DNA from: an uncultured Lachnospiraceae bacterium
GTDB taxonomy: Bacteria; Bacillota; Clostridia; Lachnospirales; Lachnospiraceae
Direction of reading: 5' to 3'
Length of the DNA: 37,723 bases
Assembly (NCBI GenBank): GCA_948665105.1
Contig: CAPNGW010000002.1
Coordinates: 1-37,723, forward strand
The notes below the pieces were generated by a model. It searched no databases, was not told where the DNA came from, and was given only the letters and a program-made list of their open reading frames with translations. Made by a program: the position numbers and the translations under genes. Positions 18,534 to 27,603 of the stretch are shown piece by piece (the stretch's first letter is position 1; each line of letters begins with the position of its first letter).

Positions 18534-19577
18534 ATGTTTAAGGAAAAGACACTTTTAATTACCGGAGGAACAGGTTCTTTTGGAAATGCGGTGCTGAACC
18601 GTTTTCTGAATACAGATGTAAAGGAAATCCGAATTTTCTCCAGAGACGAAAAGAAGCAGGATGATATGCGGCATGAGTATCAGTCAAAATATCCGGAGGC
18701 CAGCAACAAGATTAAATTCTTTATCGGCGATGTAAGGGATTTGGGCTCCGTCCAGAATGCCATGTATGGTGTGGACTATATTTTCCATGCGGCGGCATTG
18801 AAGCAGGTGCCTTCCTGTGAATTCTTCCCCCTGGAGGCAGTCAAAACCAATGTAATCGGAACAGACAATGTTTTGACGGCGGCAATTCAGGCAGGAGTAA
18901 AAAAGGTAATTTGCCTGTCCACAGATAAGGCGGCTTACCCCATCAATGCCATGGGAACATCAAAAGCCATGATGGAAAAGGTAATCGTGGCAAAATCCAG
19001 GACAGTCAACCCCGAAAAGACAAGCATCTGCTGTACCAGATATGGAAATGTCATGTGCTCCAGGGGCTCCGTGATTCCTCTGTTCATTGAACAGATACGT
19101 CAGGGGAATCCCATAACAGTGACTGAGCCCACAATGACCAGGTTTATCATGAGCCTGGAGGAGGCGGTGGAGCTGGTAATCTTTGCATTCCAAAATGCCC
19201 AGTCTGGTGATATAATGGTACAGAAGGCACCGGCCTGCACCATTGAGGTATTGGCCCAGGCGGTGGTGGAATTGTTCCATCCTGGCCACGAAATCAAGGT
19301 GATTGGAATTCGCCACGGTGAAAAAATGTATGAAACGCTTTTAACCAGCGAGGAATGTTCCCATGCCTCTGATTTGGGAGCATTTTACCGGGTGCCATGT
19401 GATAAGAGAGACTTAAATTACGATAAGTATTTTAAAGAAGGGGATAAGGAAAGAAGCGGATTATCTGAATTTAATTCCAACAATACACAGCGTCTTAACG
19501 TGGAGCAGGTGAAAGCGAAGCTGTTGGAACTGGCGTATATTCAGGAAGAATTAAAGGCCCAGGAGAAAAACAAATGA
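18534..19577 (+). CDS. fnlA: UDP-N-acetylglucosamine 4,6-dehydratase/5-epimerase (FnlA/CapE/WbjB)
   Basis: Classic N-terminus MFKEKTLLITGGTGSFGNAVLNRF..EIRIFSRDEKKQ, then MGTSKAMMEK (the M-x3-K variant typical of CapE) and RYGNVMCSRGSVIPLF. Confidence 0.9.
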   Translation: MFKEKTLLITGGTGSFGNAVLNRFLNTDVKEIRIFSRDEKKQDDMRHEYQSKYPEASNKIKFFIGDVRDLGSVQNAMYGVDYIFHAAALKQVPSCEFFPLEAVKTNVIGTDNVLTAAIQAGVKKVICLSTDKAAYPINAMGTSKAMMEKVIVAKSRTVNPEKTSICCTRYGNVMCSRGSVIPLFIEQIRQGNPITVTEPTMTRFIMSLEEAVELVIFAFQNAQSGDIMVQKAPACTIEVLAQAVVELFHPGHEIKVIGIRHGEKMYETLLTSEECSHASDLGAFYRVPCDKRDLNYDKYFKEGDKERSGLSEFNSNNTQRLNVEQVKAKLLELAYIQEELKAQEKNK

Positions 19578-20749
19578 AGATATTAGTTACGGGAGCAAAG
19601 GGGTTTATCGGTAAAAATTTAATAGCCACCTTAAATAATATCCGAACCGGGAAGGATAAAACCCGGGGCCTGTCGGATGATATATTGATTTACGAATATG
19701 ATATGGATTCCGACAGCAGTCTGTTGGACGCATATTGCTCCGGGTGTGATTTTGTGTTTCATCTTGCAGGTGTAAACAGACCCAGGGAAGAGCATGAATT
19801 TATGGAAGGAAACTTTGGCTTCACCTCCCTTTTGCTGGATACACTCAAAAAGCATAAAAATCAATGTCCAGTGATGATTTCATCCTCCATCCAGGCGTCC
19901 CTGGACAACCCATATGGGCGGAGCAAGAAAGCAGGGGAGGATTTGCTGCTTGCTTATGGAAGAGAGACCGGAGCGGCTGTGTATGTGTACCGCTTTTCCA
20001 ATGTATTTGGAAAATGGTGCCGGCCAAATTATAATTCTGTAATAGCCACCTTCTGCCATAATATTGCCCATGATTTACCCATACAGGTAAACGATAAGAG
20101 GGCTGTGCTGGAGCTGGTTTATATTGATGATTTGGTGGAAGAATTACTGGAGGCCTTAAAGGGGCAGCCCCATCTGGATGAGGACGGTTACGGCTTTGTG
20201 CCCACCGTACATACAGTCTCCCTGGGTGAGATTGTAGAGCTTCTCTATTCCTTCCGACAAAGCAGAGAGGAGCTTTGGGTACCGGATATGACAGAGGGTG
20301 GCCTTGAGAAGAAGCTTTATGCCACTTATTTAAGCTATTTACCAAAGGAGCAGTTTAGCTATCCGCTAACCATGCACAAGGATGAGCGGGGAAGCTTTAC
20401 GGAGATTCTTAAGACGGCAGACAGAGGCCAATTCTCTGTGAATATTTCAAAGCCCGGGATTACAAAGGGGGAGCACTGGCATCATACGAAGAATGAAAAA
20501 TTTGTTGTTGTCAGTGGAAAAGGCCGAATTCAATTTCGAAGGGTAGACAGCGATGAAATTATTGAATATACTGTAAATGGAGATGAAATTGTGGTGGTAG
20601 ATATTCCCACAGGCTACACACATAATATTATCAATGAGGGAGACACGGATTTGGTGACCTTTATGTGGTGTAATGAGTGTTTTAACCCGAAGAAGCCGGA
20701 TACTTATTTCTTAAAGGTCCAGGAGACGCCAGAGGAAAAGGGAAGATGA
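19574..20749 (+). CDS. fnlB: UDP-2-acetamido-2,6-dideoxy-L-talose reductase/epimerase (FnlB/CapF/WbjC)
   Basis: N-terminal SDR domain (KILVTGAKGFIGKNL) plus the C-terminal cupin domain (DERGSFTEIL...GITKGEHWHHTKNEKFVVVSGKG) characteristic of CapF. ATGA overlaps on both sides. Confidence 0.85.
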   Translation: MKILVTGAKGFIGKNLIATLNNIRTGKDKTRGLSDDILIYEYDMDSDSSLLDAYCSGCDFVFHLAGVNRPREEHEFMEGNFGFTSLLLDTLKKHKNQCPVMISSSIQASLDNPYGRSKKAGEDLLLAYGRETGAAVYVYRFSNVFGKWCRPNYNSVIATFCHNIAHDLPIQVNDKRAVLELVYIDDLVEELLEALKGQPHLDEDGYGFVPTVHTVSLGEIVELLYSFRQSREELWVPDMTEGGLEKKLYATYLSYLPKEQFSYPLTMHKDERGSFTEILKTADRGQFSVNISKPGITKGEHWHHTKNEKFVVVSGKGRIQFRRVDSDEIIEYTVNGDEIVVVDIPTGYTHNIINEGDTDLVTFMWCNECFNPKKPDTYFLKVQETPEEKGR

Positions 20750-21888
20750 ATAAATTAAAGGTAATGACAATTATAGGAACAAGGCCGGAAATTATCCGGC
20801 TGTCGGCAGTGATAAAAAAGTGCGACAAATATTTTCAGCAGATTTTGGTGCATACGGGCCAGAACTATGATTACAGCTTAAACCAGGTGTTTTTTGAAGA
20901 TTTACAATTAAGGGAGCCGGATTATTACCTGGATGCCGTGGGAGCAGATTTAGGTGAAACAATCGGAAATATTATTGCCAAAAGCTATAAGCTGATGGTT
21001 GAAGTCAGGCCGGACGCTTTGCTTATCCTGGGGGATACCAATAGCTGTCTCAGCGCCATCAGCGCAAAAAGGCTTCACATTCCCATCTTCCATATGGAAG
21101 CCGGCAACCGCTGCTTTGACGAGTGCCTGCCGGAGGAGACGAACCGCCGCATTGTGGACCATATTGCGGATGTGAATCTGTGCTACAGCGAGCATGCCAG
21201 ACGGTATTTGAACAGCGAAGGAACGGCAAAGGAGAGAACCTATGTTACCGGCTCACCCATGGCGGAAGTGCTGCGGAGCAATTTAGCAAAAATAGAGGCC
21301 AGCAATATTTTAGAAAAGCTGGGGCTTTCACATAAAAAATATATTCTTCTTTCCGCACATCGGGAGGAAAATATTGATACAGAGGAGAACTTTCAGCAGC
21401 TGTTTACGGCCATCAATGCCCTGGCAGAGAGCTATGATTTGCCCATCCTGTACTCCTGCCATCCAAGAAGCAAAAAGTTTCTTACGCAGCGGGAGTTTCA
21501 GCTGGACCATCGGGTGAGGATGCATGAGCCTCTGGGCTTTCACGACTATAACCATCTTCAGATGCACGCCTTTGCGGTGGTGAGTGACAGTGGAACACTT
21601 CCGGAGGAGTCAAGCTTTTTCGGCTCCATCGGACATACATTTCCGGCCGTTTGCATCCGTACCAGCACGGAACGTCCCGAGGCCCTGGATAAAGGAAACT
21701 TTGTGCTGGCCGGTATTGGGACCCAGCAGGTGCTTCAGGCTGTGAATCTTGCGGTGCAGATGGTGGAAAATGAGGATAGTGGTACACCGGTTCCGGATTA
21801 CGTGGAAGAAAATGTAAGTGGGAAAGTGATAAAAATTATACAGAGCTATGTGGGCATCGTAAATAAGATGGTGTGGAGGAAAGACTGA
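20746..21888 (+). CDS. fnlC: Non-hydrolysing UDP-N-acetylhexosamine 2-epimerase (FnlC/CapG/WbjD)
   Basis: MTIIGTRPEIIRLS, HTGQNYD, LGDTNS and HMEAGNRCFD are all 2-epimerase family signatures. This is the third gene of the fnlABC trio. Confidence 0.9.
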   Translation: MNKLKVMTIIGTRPEIIRLSAVIKKCDKYFQQILVHTGQNYDYSLNQVFFEDLQLREPDYYLDAVGADLGETIGNIIAKSYKLMVEVRPDALLILGDTNSCLSAISAKRLHIPIFHMEAGNRCFDECLPEETNRRIVDHIADVNLCYSEHARRYLNSEGTAKERTYVTGSPMAEVLRSNLAKIEASNILEKLGLSHKKYILLSAHREENIDTEENFQQLFTAINALAESYDLPILYSCHPRSKKFLTQREFQLDHRVRMHEPLGFHDYNHLQMHAFAVVSDSGTLPEESSFFGSIGHTFPAVCIRTSTERPEALDKGNFVLAGIGTQQVLQAVNLAVQMVENEDSGTPVPDYVEENVSGKVIKIIQSYVGIVNKMVWRKD

Positions 21889-23360
21889 TGGAAAATAGTC
21901 GGGAGATTTGGAGGCAGTCGGAGGAACGGGAAGTAAGAATAAGCGATATTCTGTGGAAAATAGTGGAGTCATGGCGGCTGGTTCTTGTGCTTGCGGTGGT
22001 GTTTGTGCTGCTGGTGACAGGGATATTCTACCTAAGGGCAATCAAAGCAGCCTCCGTGCCTGTTGAGCCCGTGGAGCCCGAAGAAGAGGAAGTCTTGACA
22101 GAGGAGGAAAGTCAGGAAGTTGTCCAGGTGCAAATCGGACAAGCACAGCTTTTGGAGCAGCGGGAATATCAAAAGAAATCCGTTTTGATGAATATCAATG
22201 CGTATGAAAAGAATGTAGTTACATTGGAATACTTTATAGATTCAACGCCTACAGAGAGTGGGAACGGCGATATATTGACCAATACCTACAGAAACTATAT
22301 TACGTCCAACAGGATTGTGGAGGATATAAGAGAGGAATGGAATTCTCCACTGAATGACGGATACATTGGGGAACTGATAGAATGTACGAATAGTGATATG
22401 AATATAAAGATGGGGTTTTTGTACGACGAAGACCAGTTAAGCAAATTAAAACGGAGCAGTGACAAATATTTTGTCGTTTCGGTGACGGGCGCTGACGCGT
22501 CCCAGGCAGAGCAGCTGGCGGATGCGGTGCAGAAGGCCCTGGAAATATATAGTGCCAGGATTGCCCAACAGCTGGGGGAGCAGCAGCTAAAGCCCCTGAA
22601 CCGTTATTCCAGTGTGGTACTGGATGAAAAGCTCATTGACAAGCAGCTAAATCTTCAGACCTCTATTAATGTGCAGCAAGACGCAATCGATAACGCAACC
22701 GAGGGGTTTAGTGAGTTACAACTGCGCATGCTGTATGGGGAGGATGAAGACCAGGAGGAGCCGGTCATTGAGGAGCAGATGCCAAGAAGGCCCGCCCTTA
22801 GTAAGAAAGCCATGGCTTTGGGACTTTTCACAGGAGTTTTCCTGGCTTGTATTTGGGTTGCTCTGCGCTATATGTTTGATCCCAGAATCAAGTCCTCCGA
22901 AGAATTACGGCGCATATACAATATGCGTGTGCTTGGCTTTCGGCAGATCGAAGGTACCTCCAGAAAACGTTTGTTTTCCGGCATCGATACCTGGATTGCA
23001 TCAAAAAAGGACAGGGATAAATTTACGCCGGAAAGCTTAAGCAATATGCTTGTGACGAATATGGCTCTGCTATTAAAAAGAGAGAATATAAGCCGTGTGT
23101 TTTTGGCCTCCGGGAGTGTGGATGAGGGCACAATGGAAGAAATAAATGAGATAATCGGACAACTGAAGGGCGAGGGAATTGAGGCTGTATATGAGAGCAA
23201 TATTGTTTCTGATGCGGCAGCGCTGAAATGTATGTCCGATATTGGAAACGCTGTTTTTGTGGTCAGAGAGAACCTTACCCATTACCAGGAGATGGAGAAA
23301 GCGCTGTTGCTGTGTGAAGCCCAGGAGGTGAGAGTTCTTGGGGGAATTGTGGTGCAGTGA
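21888..23360 (+). CDS. Wzz/CpsC-like polysaccharide co-polymerase fused to a degenerate CpsD-like (P-loop-less) C-terminal domain
   Basis: ATG 21888 overlaps the upstream TGA; the tracked start at 21873 is GTG. TM1 is WRLVLVLAVVFVLLVTGIFYL, followed by a long extracytoplasmic region and TM2 MALGLFTGVFLACIWVALRYMF. The tail of about 165 aa lacks a GxxGxGKS/T Walker A and any Tyr cluster. Confidence 0.7.
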   Translation: MENSREIWRQSEEREVRISDILWKIVESWRLVLVLAVVFVLLVTGIFYLRAIKAASVPVEPVEPEEEEVLTEEESQEVVQVQIGQAQLLEQREYQKKSVLMNINAYEKNVVTLEYFIDSTPTESGNGDILTNTYRNYITSNRIVEDIREEWNSPLNDGYIGELIECTNSDMNIKMGFLYDEDQLSKLKRSSDKYFVVSVTGADASQAEQLADAVQKALEIYSARIAQQLGEQQLKPLNRYSSVVLDEKLIDKQLNLQTSINVQQDAIDNATEGFSELQLRMLYGEDEDQEEPVIEEQMPRRPALSKKAMALGLFTGVFLACIWVALRYMFDPRIKSSEELRRIYNMRVLGFRQIEGTSRKRLFSGIDTWIASKKDRDKFTPESLSNMLVTNMALLLKRENISRVFLASGSVDEGTMEEINEIIGQLKGEGIEAVYESNIVSDAAALKCMSDIGNAVFVVRENLTHYQEMEKALLLCEAQEVRVLGGIVVQ

Positions 23361-23382
23361 TGAGGAATAGGGGAGAAGAAAA

Positions 23383-24894
23383 ATGCAGATATCAATTTTA
23401 GATTATTTGGAAAATTCTGCAAGCCGCTTTCCGGAAAAAATTGTATTTTCGGAGGAAAAGAAACAGATTTCCTATGGCCAATTAGAAAAAACGGCAAAAG
23501 CAGTGGGAAGCAGTATTATAAAAACGGCACAGGGGGTATACAAGCGGCCAATCGTAGTGTTCCTTGACAAGGGAATCGATGTGCTGATTTCCTTTATGGG
23601 CATCGTTTACAGTGGAAATTTCTATACCCCCATAGATGTTCATATGCCGGTTTCCAGAATAAATAAGATTTTAGAGACTCTGCAGCCGGAAATGATGATT
23701 ACGGATGAGGAGCATCTTCACCTCGTAAAAGAAACGGCGTTTGCCAAACACGTATTACTGTTTCAGGAGGCGGCGCAGGCAGAGATATTGACAGAGCAGC
23801 TTGAAAATATCAGGGAGAGAATGACAGATACGGATTTGCTGTACGTACTGTTTACATCGGGCTCCACAGGAACACCCAAGGGGGTTACAATCTGCCACAA
23901 GTCAGTGATTGACTATACGGATTATATCACAGATAAATTTGATATTACTGAAAAGGAAATTTTTGGAAATCAGGCACCTTTTTATTTTGACAATTCCATT
24001 TTAGATATTTATTGCACCTTAAAGGCCGGGGCAACCATGCATATCATTCCAAAGGAGCTGTTTGGACAGCCGGTACTGCTTTTGGAATATTTAAAGAACC
24101 AGCGGATAAATATTATTTTCTGGGTTCCTTCCGCCCTTATCATGGTCTCCAAATTAAAGGCTTTTCGGAATGTAGATATCTCGGAAACTTTGCGTAAGGT
24201 ACTGTTCTGTGGAGAGGTAATGCCAAATAAGCAGTTGAATATATGGCGAAAATATTTGCCGCATGTATTGTATGCCAATTTGTATGGCCCCACCGAGATT
24301 ACAGACGCATGTACCTGTTATGTGGTAGACCGGAAATTTGAGGACAATGAGCCTTTGCCCATTGGCACTCCCATGGGAAATACCGGGATTCTTGTGCTGA
24401 ATGAGGGGGATGAGCTGGTGAAGGGTGACGAGATTGGCGAGCTCTGCGTAAGGGGGACCTGCCTGTCTCCTGGCTATTATAATAATCCCGAAAAAACCAG
24501 GGAGGCGTTCATACAAAACCCCTTGAATAAAGCTTATCTGGAATGGATTTATCGAACAGGAGATCTGGTGCGGTATAACGAGTACGGGGAACTGATTTAT
24601 CTGTCCAGAAAGGATTTCCAGATTAAGCATATGGGGCACCGAATCGAACTGGGAGAAATTGAGAATGCTGTTTCCTCCATGGAGGGGATGTCCTCCTGCT
24701 GCTGCTTGTATGATGAAAAGAGAAGCAAGATTGTTCTCTTTATAGAAGAGGATTTAGAGAAGGAAACCATTATAAATGGTATTAAGAATCTGGTGCCGGA
24801 CTATATGTACCCGGGTAAGGTGATTAAGCTGGATAAGCTGCCGATGAATGCCAATGGAAAAACAGACAGGGTAGCATTGAAACAATACTTATAG
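23383..24894 (+). CDS. DltA-like amino-acid adenylating enzyme (carrier-protein ligase), module 1
   Basis: Adenylation cores LFTSGSTGTPKGV, NQAPFYFDNSILDIY, FCGEVMP, LYGPTEITD, YRTGDLVRY..GELIYLSRKDFQIKHMGHRIELGEIE and NANGKTDR. It is collinear with B. subtilis DltA as I recall it. Confidence 0.85.
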   Translation: MQISILDYLENSASRFPEKIVFSEEKKQISYGQLEKTAKAVGSSIIKTAQGVYKRPIVVFLDKGIDVLISFMGIVYSGNFYTPIDVHMPVSRINKILETLQPEMMITDEEHLHLVKETAFAKHVLLFQEAAQAEILTEQLENIRERMTDTDLLYVLFTSGSTGTPKGVTICHKSVIDYTDYITDKFDITEKEIFGNQAPFYFDNSILDIYCTLKAGATMHIIPKELFGQPVLLLEYLKNQRINIIFWVPSALIMVSKLKAFRNVDISETLRKVLFCGEVMPNKQLNIWRKYLPHVLYANLYGPTEITDACTCYVVDRKFEDNEPLPIGTPMGNTGILVLNEGDELVKGDEIGELCVRGTCLSPGYYNNPEKTREAFIQNPLNKAYLEWIYRTGDLVRYNEYGELIYLSRKDFQIKHMGHRIELGEIENAVSSMEGMSSCCCLYDEKRSKIVLFIEEDLEKETIINGIKNLVPDYMYPGKVIKLDKLPMNANGKTDRVALKQYL

Positions 24895-24920
24895 ATATCA
24901 GGTAAGAAAGGCAGAAAAAA

Positions 24921-25154
24921 ATGGAAGAAAGAATTTTGGAAATTTTAGGAGAGGTGAATGAAGAAATCCTCTCATACGAGGGAGACCGGCTCACCAAGGA
25001 CAGTATTATAGATTCTTTTGAAATTATCAATATTGTTTCAGAGCTGGAGGAGGAATTTGATATTGAAATTGATGCGAAATATGTCGTTCATGAAAACTTT
25101 GAGAACAAGGACACAATTATCGCACTGGTAAAGAGGCTGGTGGAAGAGCAGTAG
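24921..25154 (+). CDS. DltC-like acyl/aminoacyl carrier protein, module 1
   Basis: 77 aa and acidic, with the phosphopantetheine-attachment context SIIDSFEIINIV (compare DltC LLDSFGTVELL). It lies between the adenylating enzyme and the MBOAT. Confidence 0.8.
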   Translation: MEERILEILGEVNEEILSYEGDRLTKDSIIDSFEIINIVSELEEEFDIEIDAKYVVHENFENKDTIIALVKRLVEEQ

Positions 25155-25167
25155 ATGAGGTTTCAAA

Positions 25168-26727
25168 ATGCAGTTTGCGTCTGTTGAATTTGGGATATTC
25201 TTTTTGCTGGTTTTAGGAATATATTATCTGGTTAATCAAAGACGAAGATGGATGGTATTGCTGGCTGCCAGTATGGTGTTCTGTGGACATTCTTCCCCAT
25301 GGCATTTCATTTACTTGATGATAGCAATCAGTGTCAGCTTTTTTGCCGCTAAAATCATTGAGAAGCTCCATGAGGATGAGGCGAGAGAGCTTTTTCATAA
25401 GAAGGATATCAGCAGGGAGGAAAAAAAGAAGCTTAAGAATCACTTTAAGAAGAAAAAGCAATGGGTCATAGGGGTCCTGCTTTTCCTTTTGCTGACAGTT
25501 ATTCTCGCACTCAAGCTGGCAAAAAAGCTTTCTCTCATTCAGGAAGGCGCATTGGGCATCCTGATTCCTTTGGGAATTTCTTATTATACATTGGTCATGA
25601 TTGGCTATTGCATAGATGTTTACAGGGAAAAATATCCGGCAGATTCCAATTTTTTTAAGTTCACACTTACAATTATGTATTTTCCCTCATTGCTCCAGGG
25701 ACCAATCAACCGCGTGGATGCGTTAAGGGAGCAATTATTTCAGGAGATACACTGGAATTATTTTGAGGTAAAAGCCGGATTGCAGAGAGCGGTCTGGGGA
25801 TTGTTTAAAAAGCTGGTGATTGCAGACAGGCTGGCAATTTTTGTGAATCAGATTTACGGTGATTTTGGTAATCAGGCAGGAAGCTTTTTGGCAGTCGGAA
25901 CCATTGCATATGCAATTCAGTTGTATGCAGATTTCTCTGGATACATGGATATCGCCATTGGCATCAGCAGAACCTTTGGCGTAAAGCTGGCAGAGAATTT
26001 TAAATGTCCGTACTTTTCTGTTTCAATCAGTGAATTTTGGAAAAAATGGCATATAACCTTGGGCGACTGGTTCAAGGATTACCTGATGTTTCCCTTTGCA
26101 ATGTCTCAGACAGGAAGAAACATAGGGAAGCAAGGACAGAGGATATTTGGAAAGCAGGGAGGCAAAAAGCTTACACTATACCTTGCAACTATGCTGGTGT
26201 GGTTTTCCACCGGCTTATGGCATGGGATTGAGTGGAACTTTATTACCTGGGGGGGGGTATACGGCGTAATAATGGTACTCTCTGATTTTCTGGACCCCCT
26301 TTTTGAAAAGATAAGGAATCGGTGGGGAATCACTAAGGAAAAACGTTGGTTTCGATTTTTTTGCTATATCAGAACCTTTTCCATCGTGTGCTTGGCGGAC
26401 ATTCTGTTCCGGGCGCCAGGATTGAGAGAGGCAGTTATAATCATAAAAAAGATTTTATTTGAATTCCAGGTAAGTGCAATAGAAAACACTGAAATTTGGC
26501 TTTTACAGCTTACAGAGCAGGACTATGTGGTTTTGGTGATATGTTTGATTGCCGGGCTTTTGGTGCATATACTGCATCAAAAGAGAAAAAGCGTTTCGGT
26601 CATATTAGAGCAAAGAAATGTAGTGACCAGATGGATGGTTTATTTCGGGATTACCTGGATTATCATTTTGTTTGGGATATATGGAAGCGGGTATTCGTTG
26701 GAAGGCTTTGCTTATATGCAGTTTTAG
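25168..26727 (+). CDS. MBOAT #2 (DltB/AlgI-like), intact
   Basis: 519 aa and polytopic, with YADFSGYMDIAIG, FWKKWHITLGDWFKDYLMFPF, GLWHGIEW and the C-terminal ...GFAYMQF-stop. It contains an in-frame G9 tract. Confidence 0.9.
   Translation: MQFASVEFGIFFLLVLGIYYLVNQRRRWMVLLAASMVFCGHSSPWHFIYLMIAISVSFFAAKIIEKLHEDEARELFHKKDISREEKKKLKNHFKKKKQWVIGVLLFLLLTVILALKLAKKLSLIQEGALGILIPLGISYYTLVMIGYCIDVYREKYPADSNFFKFTLTIMYFPSLLQGPINRVDALREQLFQEIHWNYFEVKAGLQRAVWGLFKKLVIADRLAIFVNQIYGDFGNQAGSFLAVGTIAYAIQLYADFSGYMDIAIGISRTFGVKLAENFKCPYFSVSISEFWKKWHITLGDWFKDYLMFPFAMSQTGRNIGKQGQRIFGKQGGKKLTLYLATMLVWFSTGLWHGIEWNFITWGGVYGVIMVLSDFLDPLFEKIRNRWGITKEKRWFRFFCYIRTFSIVCLADILFRAPGLREAVIIIKKILFEFQVSAIENTEIWLLQLTEQDYVVLVICLIAGLLVHILHQKRKSVSVILEQRNVVTRWMVYFGITWIIILFGIYGSGYSLEGFAYMQF
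26249..26257 (+). repeat. Poly-G tract (G9), in frame within MBOAT #2
   Basis: Directly counted: tgg ggg ggg gta encodes W-G-G-V. Confidence 0.95.
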
Positions 26728-26743
26728 GTGAATAGGATATCAA

Positions 26744-27535
26744 ATGATGATAAGGATAGAAAACGGCGAGGAATTTTATTCAATATTAAAAGCGTTTAAG
26801 AAGAAGAACAGGAGAATAATATCTAATTTTTTGATGTTTCCGGAAGAGCTTGAAAAGCTGATGAGAGAAAAGAAAGTTTTTTACATGGAGGGGGAGGCAG
26901 GGATTAGCCTTTTTGTGGAGTATGAAGCACACTTTTCTTTTTACTTTTTCTACAAAGGATTGGATGTACCCATAGAAGTAAGAAGATTGGATAAGCCGGT
27001 TGCCTGCGAGATATTTACGAAGAATCAGTTGGAAGAAGGGATAGATGAGAGATTTATAAAAGAAAATTTTCGACAAATAGGTATTTATAAAAGATATATC
27101 TTAAAAAGTGAAAATATTCATGATGTAAAAAGTGGGAACTCCGTTAGGAAAAAAGCAGGAGCAATACATGAAGTCTGGGATGGCATAAAAGAAAACTTTA
27201 ATGTGTTGACGGACCATCTGGTATCTCAGGATGAAATGGAAGAGAAATATGCGGATAAACAATTTTTTTATTATAATCAGGCAAATAGAATAGAAGGTGC
27301 GTTGATTCATGAAACGAAAAATAAAAAATCTGTATTGGAATATATCTTTGTATATCCGGAATTTCGAAAAAAAGGTGTTGCCAGGGAATTGCTGGAAACC
27401 TGGCTTGCCACTTATTTTCAAGCAATAAATAAATTTGAATTATGGGTAAGTACAGAAAATAGGGAGGCTATAGAATTGTACAAAAGATATGGATTCCAGG
27501 AGGATGGCCTTATAAAATATGTTTATTTGATATAA
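26744..27535 (+). CDS. GNAT-family N-acetyltransferase with an uncharacterised N-terminal domain
   Basis: C-terminal GNAT motif A, IFVYPEFRKKGVARELLETWL, followed by AIELYKRYGFQEDG. The gene is very AT-rich. Confidence 0.7.
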   Translation: MMIRIENGEEFYSILKAFKKKNRRIISNFLMFPEELEKLMREKKVFYMEGEAGISLFVEYEAHFSFYFFYKGLDVPIEVRRLDKPVACEIFTKNQLEEGIDERFIKENFRQIGIYKRYILKSENIHDVKSGNSVRKKAGAIHEVWDGIKENFNVLTDHLVSQDEMEEKYADKQFFYYNQANRIEGALIHETKNKKSVLEYIFVYPEFRKKGVARELLETWLATYFQAINKFELWVSTENREAIELYKRYGFQEDGLIKYVYLI

Positions 27536-27603
27536 TTTTTTAGTATAGAGCCAGGTTTATAGTGAGAGCAGGAATAAAGCAGAATGAAAGGTAAAGAGGA
27601 ACG

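Noticed and set aside
27528-27536. Extended -10-like TGATATAAT overlapping the GNAT stop codon, considered as an internal promoter for the downstream module.
   Set aside because: There is no acceptable -35, and the context is extremely AT-rich, where such matches arise by chance. Only TSS mapping could support it.
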